Shown: positions 23,962 through 38,254 of the stretch, in pieces | Layout of the letters: each line of letters starts with the position of its first letter | How positions within the stretch are numbered: the stretch's first letter is position 1 | Source: Takakia lepidozioides | Taxonomy: Eukaryota > Plantae > Bryophyta | NCBI GenBank assembly: GCA_030704615.1 | Contig: CM060731.1 | Coordinates: 63,860,001 to 63,924,000, forward strand | Reading direction: 5' to 3' | Length of the DNA stretch: 64,000 nt | The notes under the pieces: generated by a model | The model's input: the letters and a program-made list of their open reading frames with translations, nothing else | The model's database searches: none | What the model was told of the DNA's origin: nothing | Position numbers and translations under genes: made by a program

Positions 23962-26879
23962 CCAGGACTTCACTATCACATGCTGCTGTTAGGTAGAGAG
24001 GGATACTTATGTAGACAATCTATGGTCACTTTCTTACCCGGACAGGTGCGCACGCCTAGATCGGCCTCTCGATGTTCTCTTTTGATATGTCCTCATATTT
24101 TTGCTGCCAACAGTGCAGAGCCTTGGCAAGCGGTTGTGCAAGATTAGCACTGAGGGTAAGTGCTCGACAGTGGTGCTAAGGTCTTGCGTCCAGATGCTCT
24201 TCTGCACAGCGTTGTACCACATGCTGTAGACCTTTGTGAAAGGGAGAGTGACGCGGTTGATTGGATAAGTGCTATATAAAGCCATGGCAGACTAAGAAAA
24301 AGAGGTAACAATGCACAAGTGTCTGCTATATCCTTAGTGGCCTGTCACTTGTTAGGGTCTTGAAGTCTAAATCCAAATGAAGAAGGCATTGGGCTTTTCC
24401 TGTCTGCTCTGAATACCCATGGAGTTGTAGCTGGTTCACGTATTATGAGAACGATCACCAGTTAGCAGAAGGCTGTGTTGTTCATGTATTATCAGAAATA
24501 GCACTAGTTGGCAGAAGGCTGTAGGTGACGGTCTGGAACCTGTTAAAAATGCACCCAGCTTTTGGTTAAGGTCCTATATGTTCTGCAGCAGGAGGAGTGC
24601 TTTTGGCCCTCCGTGCACGCAGTCCTTGTATCATTGAGCAATAAGCACATTTTTCGTATGAATGTGTTTAGTAAAGAGCTTCAGGTTGGACGGGACTGTT
24701 TTGGTATATCTTCACCACTGGGGTGTCTTTATGTGGTTCTGTGTATAGTACTCCTTGCCTGTATAGTATGTCGTAAGGATCTCCTTGACAGGGAAGGGAA
24801 TTGTGTGTTCTGAGGTTTGAATAGCTTGCAAAAGCAACTGTAGATGCCACCTCCAAGATGAAATCCTCCTGCTGCTTCTTGGTGCACCACATGGTTGAAA
24901 ACCAGCAGAGCACTGGAGCTGGCGGATCTGTTTCAACCTGCAACATCAGCGCCCAAGAAGTGGTGGTTCCAAATCTGTGCGGTGCTTAGAAATTCTTGGA
25001 TTTCCTGCATATATACAGGGTAATTATACTCTGCTGTACTGAAGTTCTGGGATTCATATGATGCACCTCTTCACATAAGGAGCTGCCTTGGTAATTTGGA
25101 GATTTCCATGGGATGATCGATACACAAAGGTCTTAGTGCCACCTAACTTCCTCCATAGCAGTAGGTGAATGGGAGACTGCCTGGCATTATGAGGCTAGAG
25201 CTTGCATGTAGAGGAGTAGAATTATCCTGCCCATGGTATGGAACTCCAAGAAGACACACCTAACTTTGCAAATTTGAGAGCACAACTTGTTGTAGGCTGA
25301 TCTTTAAGCCCCGCAATACATCACTTTCCTGCAACTCGGCCAGTTGCAATGTACATATTTTGCAAGCCAACAAGTCCAAACCCCTGCAGCTACTCTGCTG
25401 GGGACTATTTGTAGTAAGCATTTTGCATTCCATGGTTGGTTGACCATGGTCAAAAAATGAGTAGCAGAGTATGTTGAGCTTTCAATGACAAACTTTGCTA
25501 CTTGCATATCTCCTATCAAGGAGAGTTTAATTGCTGCACCTCCCATAGCACCGCCGACAGCTCAGTTCAAGAAACTTCAGCCACGCCAACCATGCCGTGG
25601 GTTACACAACAAATTGGTATTCATACGTTGAAAAGCTTCATGATCCCCTTCATTTGTAAGCCCCAATTTCCATGTGGAGTGCGGTCTCAGCCCAATTTCT
25701 ATACGCCTGTGGAATGTTCAACGCTTGTCCAACCCTTCATCTCCTTGATATAATTGTGGGGCTTCTATACAGGGGAGTGTCACCGCACTGCATAGAAAAG
25801 GAGCCTAGAGTCAAGATAGGATGTGGCATATGCCAGGCTTGTGGCAAGTTTGATCTTTCTTATCTCTCTCTTGTTGTTCCAAGTAAGGAAGGGGAGCAGT
25901 ACATAGGAGCCAAGTGATCTTTCTCTCCCACGACGTTAAAGAATCTTTATCTTTATCTTATCTTTCCCACGACAGTTGAGGTGAATTGAAGTGACACCCA
26001 AAGACGATTGGGTTAAAAATAACTAGTTTCACATGGACACTTTACACTGTGTCACTCCAATGAGATGACTCTGCCTCCATGGAAAGTTTGATTTGCGGAC
26101 ATGGCAAATTTGACCAAAGTAGCCTATTTGAGAAGTGTCACCAATTCATATCCTCCTCTCTTCTTTGTCTTACAGTCTTGTCAAGGCCTCCTTTTTACAG
26201 CTTTTAACTTGCAACCACAAAGCAACTTAGGACTCCTTTTGCAGTGGAAGGCAGCAACTCTAGCAAACCTCTTGCATTGGAGGATTTCACACAAGACTGC
26301 GAGGGCTGGAATTGGGCTGGAATCGTGTGCCACAAATTGCAATGTTTGCAGATTGAAGTGTTTCATATGGAGGGATGGCTGGATCAGAACTACTACAAGG
26401 GCCTTGTTTGAAGTTTGAATCCATTTGGTTGTCCATTTTTAACTCGAGTATCCATTTTTCAACTTGTCACAATAAATGCAACACTATATGCTTCTCCAAC
26501 CATCTCCAAACTATTTGATGTTGTCAACCTCCATCAACACAATGGCAACTCGAGTCTCGAATCTAAGTGCTTGCTCCAAATGGGGGTTGGTATCGTGTGA
26601 GCAAAGTTGGCATGAGCATTTGTAGCACAAGCAAGTGCTCGCATGAGCGCAATATCCAGCGCATATCCCTATAATGGGTAAAGGGTTATGATTTAAGTCA
26701 GGTGGATATCTGGGCAGCCCAATTCCTTGGAACCAGACTCCAGACCGACACCAGACCGGACTGGAATCAGAACTAAGTTTGAAGGGGGTTCCAGAACCTG
26801 GAGATAGAAAGGCCTTCCGGGTGAGCCTATTATGGACTCATTCAGTGTTAATCCATTAATCAAATTATATGCATATCTT

Positions 26880-27341
26880 ATGTCCTGCCAACCACATTGG
26901 GGAGTTAAGGCAACAATAATATCACTCCATGAGAAAGGATGTTTTCTATGTTATGTTCGAATCAGAGGATGATCTTGACACGGCCCTCAACTCGACACCA
27001 AAAAATCCAAGTGCAAAGGTTACATCTTTCCCTCGGCTCCAAAGTGGGCTCATCGTGGAGATTCTACATGCGAACCCCGCGCGTCATAGCTCTTCCTTTC
27101 TTCCCGAGTAACTTATGCGTTGGGGGACCATTTCGGCTGGTACATAGGCTGCATTAATGTATTTTATCCCCCTGCAGAAGCGGTAGGAGAGTCGCCCCGG
27201 ATGAACATGCATTCGTTGCAGCGTAGAGAACTCGGGGTGCCACGTATTGTTATGATGCCAATTGCAGCAAGCATTCCAGACTCACTGAACTTGCCTACTA
27301 TTGATAACAGTTATATTACCATTACGGTGAAAGAGAAATAG
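26880..27341 (+). mobile_element. Possible degenerate LINE ORF1 fragment
   Basis: KDVFYVMFESEDDLDTALNSTP resembles the plant L1 ORF1 (DUF4283) N-terminal motif. The frame is broken. Confidence 0.4.
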
Positions 27342-27911
27342 TGCGGTCTGCCATTCTTGTCAAGGAACAGGGTACATCGAAGCTGAAGGAACTGATGTTC
27401 TACTCAAGAGGTGTGCCATTAGTTATACCACGTGGCTGCCACTGAGTGTCTGAGACATTCTTGTAAGCAGTTCTGAGTCATAGGACTTGCAACCCAGGAG
27501 AAAGTTACAGGGGTGACATTAGAAGGCGTCCTCTCTGCATCTGTTTATTATTCATGAGCATTGTTCAAATTTCTTTCCAAGATCCATCGATAGCAATATG
27601 AAGTTGGCATGGAAAATAGGAGGTAGGATGTCTAAGGCCTAGTAGCACAGGTGCATGCAACATGGAAAAGGAGATATGTACCTCGCGTGTGTACCAAAGA
27701 GCCCATCGAAATGCAGTCCCTTAAGGAGAGGTGGGTCCTGCAACAAATACGACTTCTAATGTCAAGCCCACTGTATCACTCGTATGTTTGTTATCTGTTA
27801 CTCACTCGCACCCTTGCCTTGGCTCTTTTCTATCAAGTTTACAATTGCTTGCTTAGGTGGAGAACCAGGGGTATCTAATCCAGGCACAATCCAGGTTGAT
27901 GGGCAATGACT

Positions 27912-29900
27912 TCAAAGAGGTATCAACAAAAGGAACGGTGGAGCAAGCACCTTGAATGGGTAGCTTAGCTTCATAAAGTATTGCTCGCCTACTGCCACTT
28001 CTGATCTCTCAAAAGTATCACTGTTACATATAAGTCCATTAGCTTCTGGGCCAGCTCCTGCTTTAATCCTGTTGCTAGCTCCTACAATTCCACCAGAGAG
28101 CACTCTACCTTGGATGCTTATCTGATTGTGAAGCTTTACGCAGTGGGGTGAACAGTTTGGTGGGGTCACTATAATATCTCAGCCTGGCAGCCTGGAGGTC
28201 TAGCCCAAATGTGTAGCCTTGCTTTCAAAGCTGACTTCTGAGTTGGACCACCTGGGCCAGCTGCTTGCTCAAGCTCTGCCAGATCATGAACAGGAAAGCC
28301 GAAAGGAGCTGCAACACCAAAAATACAGCGCTGCATGTTGCGCACCACCACACAGCAGCTCTCATATTTAATGGGAGTCTGCCATCATTGTCCAGTGGCA
28401 ACATGTTCCCATCGGACACAACCCCATCCTCCAGTCCTCCTTCTCTCTTCCCTTCTTCCAGCATCTGGTTCGCCGTAACCCCCTTGCTAATTGCCTGCCA
28501 AGCTACTGGAGCCTCCTGTCCAGTGCTTGGCATCGGTGTGATGTTTACATTCAGAGCTATAGGGGCGGCTTCCTCCTACAACATGCTATTGTGGCCTCTC
28601 ACTTAAAGCAGCATCACTATCAGCTTCTCAATGGGTTGATTCATCACATGGGTAATTTTTGGGGTGTGTCCTGAGCTGAATTCTGCAACCTCAGTATGGT
28701 TTTCCCCTGAAACCCAAGCCCCAAATAGTGGTCTTTAGTCACTGGCTATAAGTGCTTCCTCCTAATGTTAGCTTTGACACACACTTGAGCGTATGGCTCA
28801 AGCAGGCTGCTAACTCTTCCAGAGCCGGCTTAGAAACACCAACCCCATATCACAATGGTCCTTTGGCCTGAATGATAATGTGGTGCTACACTCAGGTCTA
28901 CCATTGACATCAGGCTACCAGGGTTTTCCCAATAAAAATTCTGTCCGTCGGCAGAGACACAGCCGAATCAAAGACAACCCATGAACCCCTTGGCATCTCC
29001 CCTCGAATTTGGAATGAAGACCTGAGCACCATGTAGAAACAAAAGCGAAAAAAATACATCCATGGGCTTCAGGGTGGAGGGTGGGAAAGCGAAAGACCGC
29101 ACAAGCTGCTGGCCTCGCAACGCTCAAGCCTTTGTGCCAATCTTTCCACCCTTTAGGAAGTCCACAGGCCATGCTCCCCACAAATTGTACATAAAGCACT
29201 CCTCTCTCTCTTCATCATAGTAATGCTTCAGCTTTCCTGATATCCATTCCTTCCGTCCTAAGCTGGACCCTCCCTCTCTTAAGTTCTTCTCCCCCCTCTA
29301 GTTGGGAATGGATTTGGGGTGTATGCATGGACCTCTGGGCGCTAGTGCTGCGGTCATTCTCCATTGCCCCTTCAACTGAATCCAGTCCAATTTCGCCATT
29401 CCTGTGCGTGCTTGCCTCCTCTGGCTGTGTGTTCATTTGGCGGCCTCGCTTGAGACCACCCCGCCTTCTTGGATATGAGAACTTCCGTTAGAATTCGACC
29501 TGCTACGCAACCCAGCTTGAAATTGGGGGCTTCCGTTTCCTTTCTCTTCAAACTCTCTTGCAGAAATACCGGCTGGTTGGAGCCCAGAGGATCCCTGGCC
29601 ATCCTTGTTGCCAAGCACAGACCTCCCCCCTCCACCAAATACATGGGCATCGAGAAGACGATCCAAAAGCTGTGATGCATCCTCTTCCGAGCGGCTAATT
29701 ACACCTATAACTACAACCCCATTGCTTCCTGGCAATGGTGCCCCTAAAGAACCGGCGACAGAAGACCCAGGCCCCGAGCGACCTGCTGCAGCAAAAGCAT
29801 GAGAATGAAGAGGGTGGGAGCGAGACTGATGGAGGGTTCGACGGGGAAGAAGTGGAGAGGACGCTGTTGAGGGCGGGGAAAGAGGGACGGGTCCCTGGAC
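27912..29900 (-). pseudogene. SMG8: SMG8-like (NMD factor) pseudogene or fragment
   Basis: GVVVIGVISRSEEDASQLLDRLLDAHVFG and [15 protein letters not shown] match the plant SMG8 N-terminus but lie in broken frames with no in-frame ATG. 27912-28500 only weakly resembles the C-terminus. Confidence 0.6.
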
Positions 29901-30221
29901 AACCGTTTAGGCGATAATTAATTCAAAATGAAAGTGCCTAACCAATTCTGTGAATTTTTCAGATTTTGGCCGAATTCTTCGGAAACTATGGGACCAAAGT
30001 GCCTAATTCCTAAAAATTCCAGCAAAAACCTTGCAAGCCTCTTCTCATGTTTTTTTTTTTTTTTTTTTTTTTTTCATGTTGTTTGTAATAAGATGAAAAT
30101 AAGATGGAAAAAAAACGAAAATTTCATTGAACAAAAATCAATACAAATATATGCGTGCGGAAATAACTTCCTACAAATCGCAATCTATTTGCGAGAGCTC
30201 CATGTAACTTCAGAAGGCCCC

Positions 30222-30750
30222 CTACATGGACTCGACAATGTCATTATATTCATCTTCCTCGCTAATCATCATGATCTCTCCATCTACCTCGTCCACCACA
30301 TTGAGATCAAGGATCTCCTCATTTTCAATGTGCAGATTTGCAAGACATCTATACATAGTTTCCTCTACACTAAGGTCAAGGTAGATATCAGGGATATCCT
30401 GAGTGTCTTCAACATTCCCGTCCACCAAATCATCATTCACTACAAACAAATTGTGAACAAAATTTGCTCGCATAGCTTCTGCCAGGAAAGTGTGGTCAAA
30501 AGCCCGTCAAATCCCACATTGTTCCCACCAAGAGACAATCATGTCTGTATGCACATTCACCTGCACCCAAGCCTCCCACATCCGAATTGCTGCGTGTTCA
30601 CGCATGGAAGACAAGTCCGTCTTCACCACTACCTCTTCAGCGACCACACCTGCTTCCAATTGCGATTGGATTTCACGTGCCGACCATGTCTTGAATAGTG
30701 CCGCAAAAGCACACTTGAGAGGTCGTTGCAAGATCACATCGCTTCCGCCT
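30222..30750 (-). mobile_element. pogo/Tigger-like DDE transposase C-terminal fragment
   Basis: DVILQRPLKCAFAALFKTW...MWEAWVQV...IVSWWEQCGI, followed by an acidic tail. Confidence 0.6.
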
Positions 30751-31653
30751 TCGAGCACCGCATACAAGAGAGAGAAGACTCCGGCCGAAGCTGGCGTAGC
30801 TAAGAGCCACTTCAGCTTTCGGCTACTTCTCCCTTTGGGGGGTGGGCCCTATATACCGCGTACAACAAAGAGGGGCTTAGAGTTTCAAAGGAAATGAATG
30901 ATAGCTGGAGCTTAGAAGGGCCTATGGGCATCGGGTTTCTATTTTATATTTTTACTCTTAAGATTTTTTTTTTTTTCTCTTCTCATGTGCTTAATTCTAA
31001 AAACTTATAGCATGAAGATGCCTAAAATGAGAAATGGTTTTTCAAAAGTGCCTAATTTTTTGAATGATTGATTTTATTATTAGGCGCAAAAATGCCAGAA
31101 CTCCAGACATGTTGGACAATCTTATCAGAGAGCGCGAGGAGGGGGTCCACAGAGCCACCGACACGAGGACATCGGAGAAAGCAGCGGAATCTCGGTGTAG
31201 AGCCTGTGCCGGCTCCCCACGGGGCTGCTTGTGCCTTCCTTGTCGCTACCATGATCCAATCCCTGGTGTGCTGAAAGTAATAAGTTAGGGCGAATCCCTC
31301 ACCAATAGGTGCCAGTCACAGGTCGCGGGGGAATATTGGAAGTTGGGGTGCATCACTGTTGCCGGTTCCTACACTCTTCCTCAGATTCTGGCCCCGATGT
31401 GTACAGTATCGCACTTGCTGTCTTTCTCCCCAGGTTGAGGATTGGCAGGCTTCTGTGCCCAGATTGCGTGGAGAATTACAGGAGTTTGGGTTTTTTGGGA
31501 AGAGGTGCTTGGGTTCGTGCTGTGGTGGTCGGTATGAGTACTTTATCTTGACATCTCCAATGAATTAGAGCTGTGGGAAGCTCAGAGGTGAAAGTGTGTG
31601 CTTTGCACCTGTTTCGGCGATTGTCAAGGGAGTCGTGGGGTTTGTGAATTGAA

Positions 31654-34600
31654 ATGGGCTCATTCGCTTGCAGAACGACTTCGACTGCCGTTTGGATTGT
31701 GTTGTCTCTCTCTCTCCTCCAATTTGTTTCGAGTGCGCGCAGTTCAAGGTTATACTTGCCGTCCGAAAAAACTGGAAGTGTTGTGAACTACGTTGAACTT
31801 TCTGGCGCCAAAGAGAACAGCGGGTCTCGTGTAGAAGATGCGTATGTGAATAACCGGCCATTAATTGGGATTCTGTCTCAACCTGGGGACGGAGATGGAG
31901 AAGTGATCATAAAAAGGAAGGGCTCCGGAGAGACTGAAAATGTGTCTTACATTGCTGCTTCCTACGTCAAATTTGTGGAGGCAGGTGGTGCCCGTGCCGT
32001 CCCCCTTATTTACAACGAGCCCGAGGAAACACTTGAGCGGGTTAGATTCCACGGTTCCTTCTGCATTATGAACTGGTACACTGTAAATATGCTTTGGTTT
32101 TCTTGGTGGGGCTTTTGATGCTTTGAATTTCACTGCGGCTAACGTCTACTTGCAATGAATATATCGATCTTACCTTGAATCTGGTGCATGTTGCAGAAAT
32201 TTGCTGCCATTAATGGGGTTTTATTTCCTGGAGGTTCTACCAGCTTGGGAGATACCCCATTTTATCGGACAGCTGAAAAAATCTTCAATGTACAATCCTT
32301 TTCCTCTGGTCGTCTTCCACATCTTCCCTTTGAGCAAAGAACCCGTTTTCCCTCCTGAAAGCAGGGACGGAAAAAGGCCGTAGTCCAAGACGGAACGTCT
32401 CACAGATATTGCCGCTTTAAACCTCTGTTCTCCAAAGAAGTAGGCGTAGATGATATGTGACCCGCAGTGCAAGTATCTATTTTATGACCAAGATGGAAAG
32501 GAGATGGGGCATAGGACATGTCAGAGGAAGAGATCTGATAGTTGGTATGGCGAGGGAGACAGTTCCCCTTGCCGTCCTTCATTTGGGGGAGCTGTATGAC
32601 TTGTTCTCATGTGGGAGGAGGTAGTTCAAGGGAACTGGGAAATTGCATCATGTGAGAGTGTGCGTGTGTGTGAGACAGGTGTATTGTTTTGCACAACAAC
32701 AACTCTCAGTTTAGATTTTTCTCACATTGTCTCACTGAATCAACAGCTAAACTCGGGTTTCTGGGGAATTAGATGGCGATAGCTGCAAATGACAAGGGAG
32801 ACTACTTTCCGGTGTATGGAGTATGCCTGGGATTTGAGCTTCTGAGTGTCATTGTCAGCCAGGTTTGGCTTCTACCCTGCATTAACTTACCTCTTATGGT
32901 GTTCATGTTGTTGTGTACCTGTAATAGGATCAGAATTTCTGATTGCAAGAATGCACATACAAATTTGTTATAAGACCTGATTGTAGGCTATGTTTCACTG
33001 GTTCTGTTATCTCATGAAAAAAGCCCCAGGCAAGGTACACTGTAGCTGTCATCTTAGTACCTAGCAATCAACTGTGCACTAGTTTGCAAGGCAGAAAAGT
33101 TTGGTTAGGCTTCACTGTCCATAGCCAGTTAAAAAGAGCAGAGTTCCCTAGGCTTACCTGATTCCAGAGTACATTTAAATTGCAATGGTTTAAAGCTTGA
33201 ATTTTGGGGAATACTTCACCAGAGACGACGTTGTTAGACCTGGTTGTGGTGCATGTGCTGTTCTGTCGATTGCAATCTCTAAGAGCCCCCCGCAGACTGT
33301 TGATGTAAGGTTTTCATTTCCTGATTCTGAATCTTTTTAGATATGCAGAATCATAGTATATTGGAACATTTCGAAGCTGAAAAACAGCCAGGTCCACTCA
33401 TGTTCGTCAGTGACTCGGCCAAGCAACACAGTATGTTCAAGTGGTAAGATGCAGCCCTCTCCTCCCCTAAGCGAAGTATGATTTGTTTTTCTAGTGACGG
33501 GAAGGCAAGATATGCTCAAAATAATGCCCTGAGGATCATGGTGGGTTCAGATTCGATATTTGGAGTGAAGGGTATGAAGTTTTTCAGTATTTTGTTTGTG
33601 TGGGTGTTGTGCAGGATCCCTCATCCAATTATTGAGAAGCTCAGCACTCAAAGCCTTGCCATGGAGAATCACCAGGTCCTGCAACTGACTTTCAAGATAT
33701 AGTTCTACATAATTTGCAGTTTGAATGAAGGGAGGGACAGAGAGAGAAAAGGGCGCAAAACAAGAGAGAAGGCAAATGGGTTTTGGAGACATTTAGGTAT
33801 GCATTTCAGATCCAAACCTGACAACACGTGGTCTTGGCAGAAGGGCATCTCCCCGGATAGAATGGCATCTAATGGTCCACTTTCAGATTTCTTTCGAGTA
33901 CTGACTACTACCCCTGATCAAGACAACAAGGTTCGTTACATTCCCTGCATAGAGTAGATCATTGCCTTGTTCTCATCCCCCTATTGGCAGTCTTGCACTT
34001 AGTATTCATGTATACAGTTACTCTTTGCTGTATTGGTGGTGTGTCATTCTAGGACTGTGAAACTGAAGACTCCTGTAATTACTCACACTGAGATGTGACG
34101 TTTCTGGTTTCAGATCTATGTGTCAACAGTTGAGAGCCACCGGTACCCTGTAACGGCTGTGCAGTGGCACCCAGAGGTATGCTTTCTGCATGTTTGGTCA
34201 CATGCTTATCTTTATTGCATTTTGGTAACCAAGACTTGCGAAGCTCACATGTGAAACATTGCCCACAGCATCCATTTCTATTGTGGTTACATGTGGGCAA
34301 AGCTTCTCTGCTATGTTCCCTCTCTCTTCTTCCCAATTATTGTCCACAATTTGATCCAACCAGACTCACATCTATATCTGAAATCCAGCCAAGGCCCTTT
34401 TCTTATTCCACTTTCCTCATTTACAAATTTACAGATCGATCACCAAAGTGATCGTCAATCCTACTCTGGCCTGGCTCCTTGTTCAAAAGATCTCCCTGTC
34501 AACCTATGTACTCATCTCATGCCATTCTGCCTATGCACTGTACTGGAATACTATGTCCAGTCTGCCCCTCCACCACACCGGGCATCTTCACATTCTATCA

Positions 34601-35813
34601 ACATAGGGCAGTGCAGATCGATCCTCTTCCTTCTTCTCACGACCTCCTTTTCTGCTCTGCCGTGCTTCTATATTTTTCCTCTTTTCACCTTCCACGTTGA
34701 AGCATGGTCACTGTCTCAGCCCCCTGTCATTGCTTGCCAGCTCATACCCTTTCACGTTAATCATCCCATCGTTCCTGACATGTTCACCATGGTGAGAACC
34801 CGTTCCTTTAATAATTATCCTTCAACTGCTACGGGTTCAATCCCAGGTACATAAGATTCTCTGACATGAAGTTGAAATGGTTGCTCAACTTTTGCATCCT
34901 GGAAGTTCTTGCATGGTAGCATTTCTTATCAATATTGTGCTTGGTTGCGTGTGTGTGTGTTCTTATGGGACAATGCATGCTTGTGTGAATTAGATGGTGT
35001 CTATAAGCTAATCCTCTTTTTTTTTGGCAGAAAAATGCTTTTGAATGGGGAGTTGGTAGCATTCCCCATAGTGCTGATGCAATCGAACTTACTCAAAGTG
35101 TTGCGAATTTTGTCATCAGGTGACCTTTTGTGCCTTTGCAAAGGTGGACCTTGCAGTCTAGACTGGACTGTTGTATCCAATGAGAGGATGTCGAAGGCTG
35201 AATTGATTCTGAAGTGATGTATTAGATTTTGCTGTACTGAGAGACAGGTGTTTCTAGGAGCCTTGCGTCATCACCCCGCTGGCTGACAAGCACATAGAAA
35301 CTGACTGTGGGTGGAATGCCCCTTGTGCAGTGAAGCACGCAAGTCCCATCATAAGCCAGCATCTGATGAGGAGGAGAATGATTTTCTGATATACAACCAA
35401 AAGACTACCTTCTCAGGCAAAGATGGGTAAGACTTATGTTTTCCTTTTGCTGATGATATTGAGGAATTAGAGTAGGAGGCAGGACAAACACACCTAACTT
35501 TCGGCGACACAGTGAGTACACGCGTTGACTGTTCTGAAACTTCAGATTGAAGGTTCGCTCCAAAGGTGAACATATCTGTTTCTACAAATTGTCCGTTCCA
35601 GAGACATAGAAGACTCCAATACCAGCAACGGGCAGTCATTGTTGGATGGGGACTGTGAGGTCATTCCGCAGCCAGCTTGGGCATGCATGTCTTAATGATA
35701 TCTTGTGCAGGCCGGTTCTTTTGCAAGCTCAGCTACTTGAGTAAGACTTATGAATTGTGGTATCCTGGATGTGCAGGAAGGACAACTTTGATGAAGTGTA
35801 TGTGTTCTACTAG
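31654..35813 (+). CDS. GGH: Gamma-glutamyl hydrolase; exons 31654-32040, 32197-32289, 32773-32862, 33349-33443, 33615-33675, 33841-33930, 34114-34176, 35031-35119, 35331-35426, 35777-35813
   Basis: Signal peptide, [36 protein letters not shown], catalytic GVCLGFE and QWHPEK, and C-terminal FDEVYVFY. All GT-AG junctions are in phase. Confidence 0.95.
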
Positions 35814-37286
35814 AGCCATTCTGCACACCCCCATCTGCTCTTGCCAGCCACAAATGCAATGTTTTCGCAGTTATAAGGCTTGGTGGCTTTGGAACTTCTT
35901 TTCTGCAACAGCTGTGCAGTTATTTATTGTAGTTAATTTGTGCATCACTATGTAGTTGACGTATGATGTCTCTTGCGGCAATCATCTTTGCCCTGCAGTG
36001 TAGTCGCCTAACCGCATGTTTGCGATTTGAATTATCTTTGCTCAAGTAGAGTCTCCCATGGGAGACTATGTACAACATGAATTAGCTGATCGGCCTCCCG
36101 ATAGCCGGCGCAGTGCCACACAGGTTTTGTGAAGGTGATCAGCCACCCCATATATGATTCATGGTATGTGACTAGTGGCAATGTAATATACCGACCAAAA
36201 ATGGATACCAGGGTTTGAAAGCAGGACCACCCTCTGGGCGGTCTATATTATTTGAAATGAACATTAAGAATATTTTTCAAAATGCTTTTCTGTGAGTGGG
36301 TGCCACCTTTTTACTCGGTTAGTTTGTTGCGTTCTCTGTAAGTAGAGTACTTCCCGTTGCTTGTGTAGTTGAAGTGAAGCCCTCCCTCTCTCCCTCGTCG
36401 TGCTTGATTGTTGACGAGGAATGAATCTGGGGTGTTCCTTTCCAAAGAAAAGAAGATGTCTGTGATTGACAGGCTTGACTCACAGTGCAGCACACTCTTT
36501 CCCCTGTAACGGAGATGGTGGAACCGACTACATATTCGCTGCTGCCTAGTTGTTGCAGTCATATCGCTGTAGCAAGCAACCAGCATCTTCCCAACTTCCC
36601 GATTCGATAAGGTGGAAGAGACAGTAATCAACATCAAGAACGAAATAGGAATGCCTTTCAAGTATTTTGTGTCAACCAAGTAGGGCGTCAAGCCACAAAA
36701 CTTGATAAGAATGTAAGGGAAATTCAAGGACCTCGTCGTTTTGCTCCCAGGACAATATTGGCAGCAAGGAGCTTTCATGAAAACGGATCAGTTCTTGATG
36801 CAAGACTACTCCACATAAGCTCCACATATGGACACCTGCCTACTGGCCTAAGGATATAGCGTGGCTTGCATCGGCTGCCTGTCAGTTTAAGGTAAGTACT
36901 TGGATTCTGGACGAAGGCTTCCGGACTGCCAAACATACATTCGATACAGTGACGTGGAGAAATGGGCTCTCTGAAACGGGTGCTGTTAACCGTCGTGAAT
37001 TGAGGAGAAAGGGCAGAGAAAAAGATATAACCGATGTTTGAAGGGAGCAAGACTTAGCCGCTTCTGCTATCGGCGACGCTATCACTGTCTAATGTCCCCT
37101 ATCTTGAGTACAGCTCAATGAGATTCCGGTAGGATGGCGGCCATGCTCCCCCGCGATAGTCCACTCCACGCTCCTCCGCGACACTACACTCTTGCGATAC
37201 TCTCCACGCTCCTTGAAACACTCTCTGTCATGGTCAAAGAGAAAACAAGGAGATGGCAAGCCACCGTGGCAAGGACGTGTGCACCT

Positions 37287-37583
37287 GTTAGCTTAAAGAA
37301 CCTATTTCAGACCCGTTAACTTTTACACCAAACTACTCTATCTCAGTTAGTGAGGTGCACTAACTATTAGGAGTGTTAGTTAGTATAAGTGGCACCTAAA
37401 CCCAATAGTTAGCTTAAATGACACTAACTATTGGGTGCCTAACCACATGTGGGGCAGGGCCCTAAGTACCAAGAGAGAGGGGGTGACAAGTGAGGGTTCA
37501 GGGTCAGGTGGGCCATATATAAGCATCTACCCCTCTTCATTTTTGCATCTGAAGTTGCCGTGGTTGAACGCAAAACGAGAACA
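37287..37583 (+). mobile_element. Possible LTR fragment or solo LTR
   Basis: TGTTAG start, internal short repeats, TATATAAG, then a pyrimidine tract. No TSD found. Confidence 0.3.
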
Positions 37584-38254
37584 GGGGTGAATGAAATCAA
37601 ATGTCGAAAGGGTCGTGCTCATCGTAGGATGTTGCCTAACAGATCGATCCGCGCCGAAGGGCGGAGGAAGCGAATGTCATCCTTCTCTTTGCGGAGCCAA
37701 ACCAGTTCATCCGTCCTCGTCGTTCTGCGACTGCGCATGTTTTCAATCATCTCTCCCGTTTGCACTGGACTACGGGGACCGACCCTCGCCGACATCTCCA
37801 CGAAGAAGACGGACATGTCCTCAGAAGATACAGACTAGCGACAAAGATCTTAGCGGCCAGCCACCCAAATGTAAACAGAGAACTGAGAGCGAACTTGCCT
37901 GCAAGGAAAAAATGTGCATCACAGCCGGACACCTGCCAGGTAGCCCAGCAGGCTCAGGCAGTAATCAAAGCCTTTACATTAAGCAAGAGAAGCTAGCAAA
38001 TGAAGCGCAAATCTGGTGTGAGTGAAGGACTTGACGTGCCTCCCCTTGACGACCCTCTCTGAATCCGGGAGAAGAGTGCTGATTTCATCACTTCGTTTTT
38101 GCTTGAAAAAATCCTTCAATATCCTTTGCAACCTCCCAAATTTGTGGTAAAAAAGTGGTGATCCATCAACAGAAACTGGAATTTGGTCCTAGATTGTTGA
38201 GGGTGAGTGGGTGTAGAAAGATCAAAGGCAAGCTTATGAGAAATTAATTGGGAT

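Noticed and set aside
29928-30698. 256-aa plus-strand ORF
   Set aside because: It is the antisense shadow of the pogo-like fragment and runs through a poly-T tract.
36311-37085. Minus-strand ORFs of 155 and 91 aa
   Set aside because: No motif I could recognise. Possibly decayed TE sequence.
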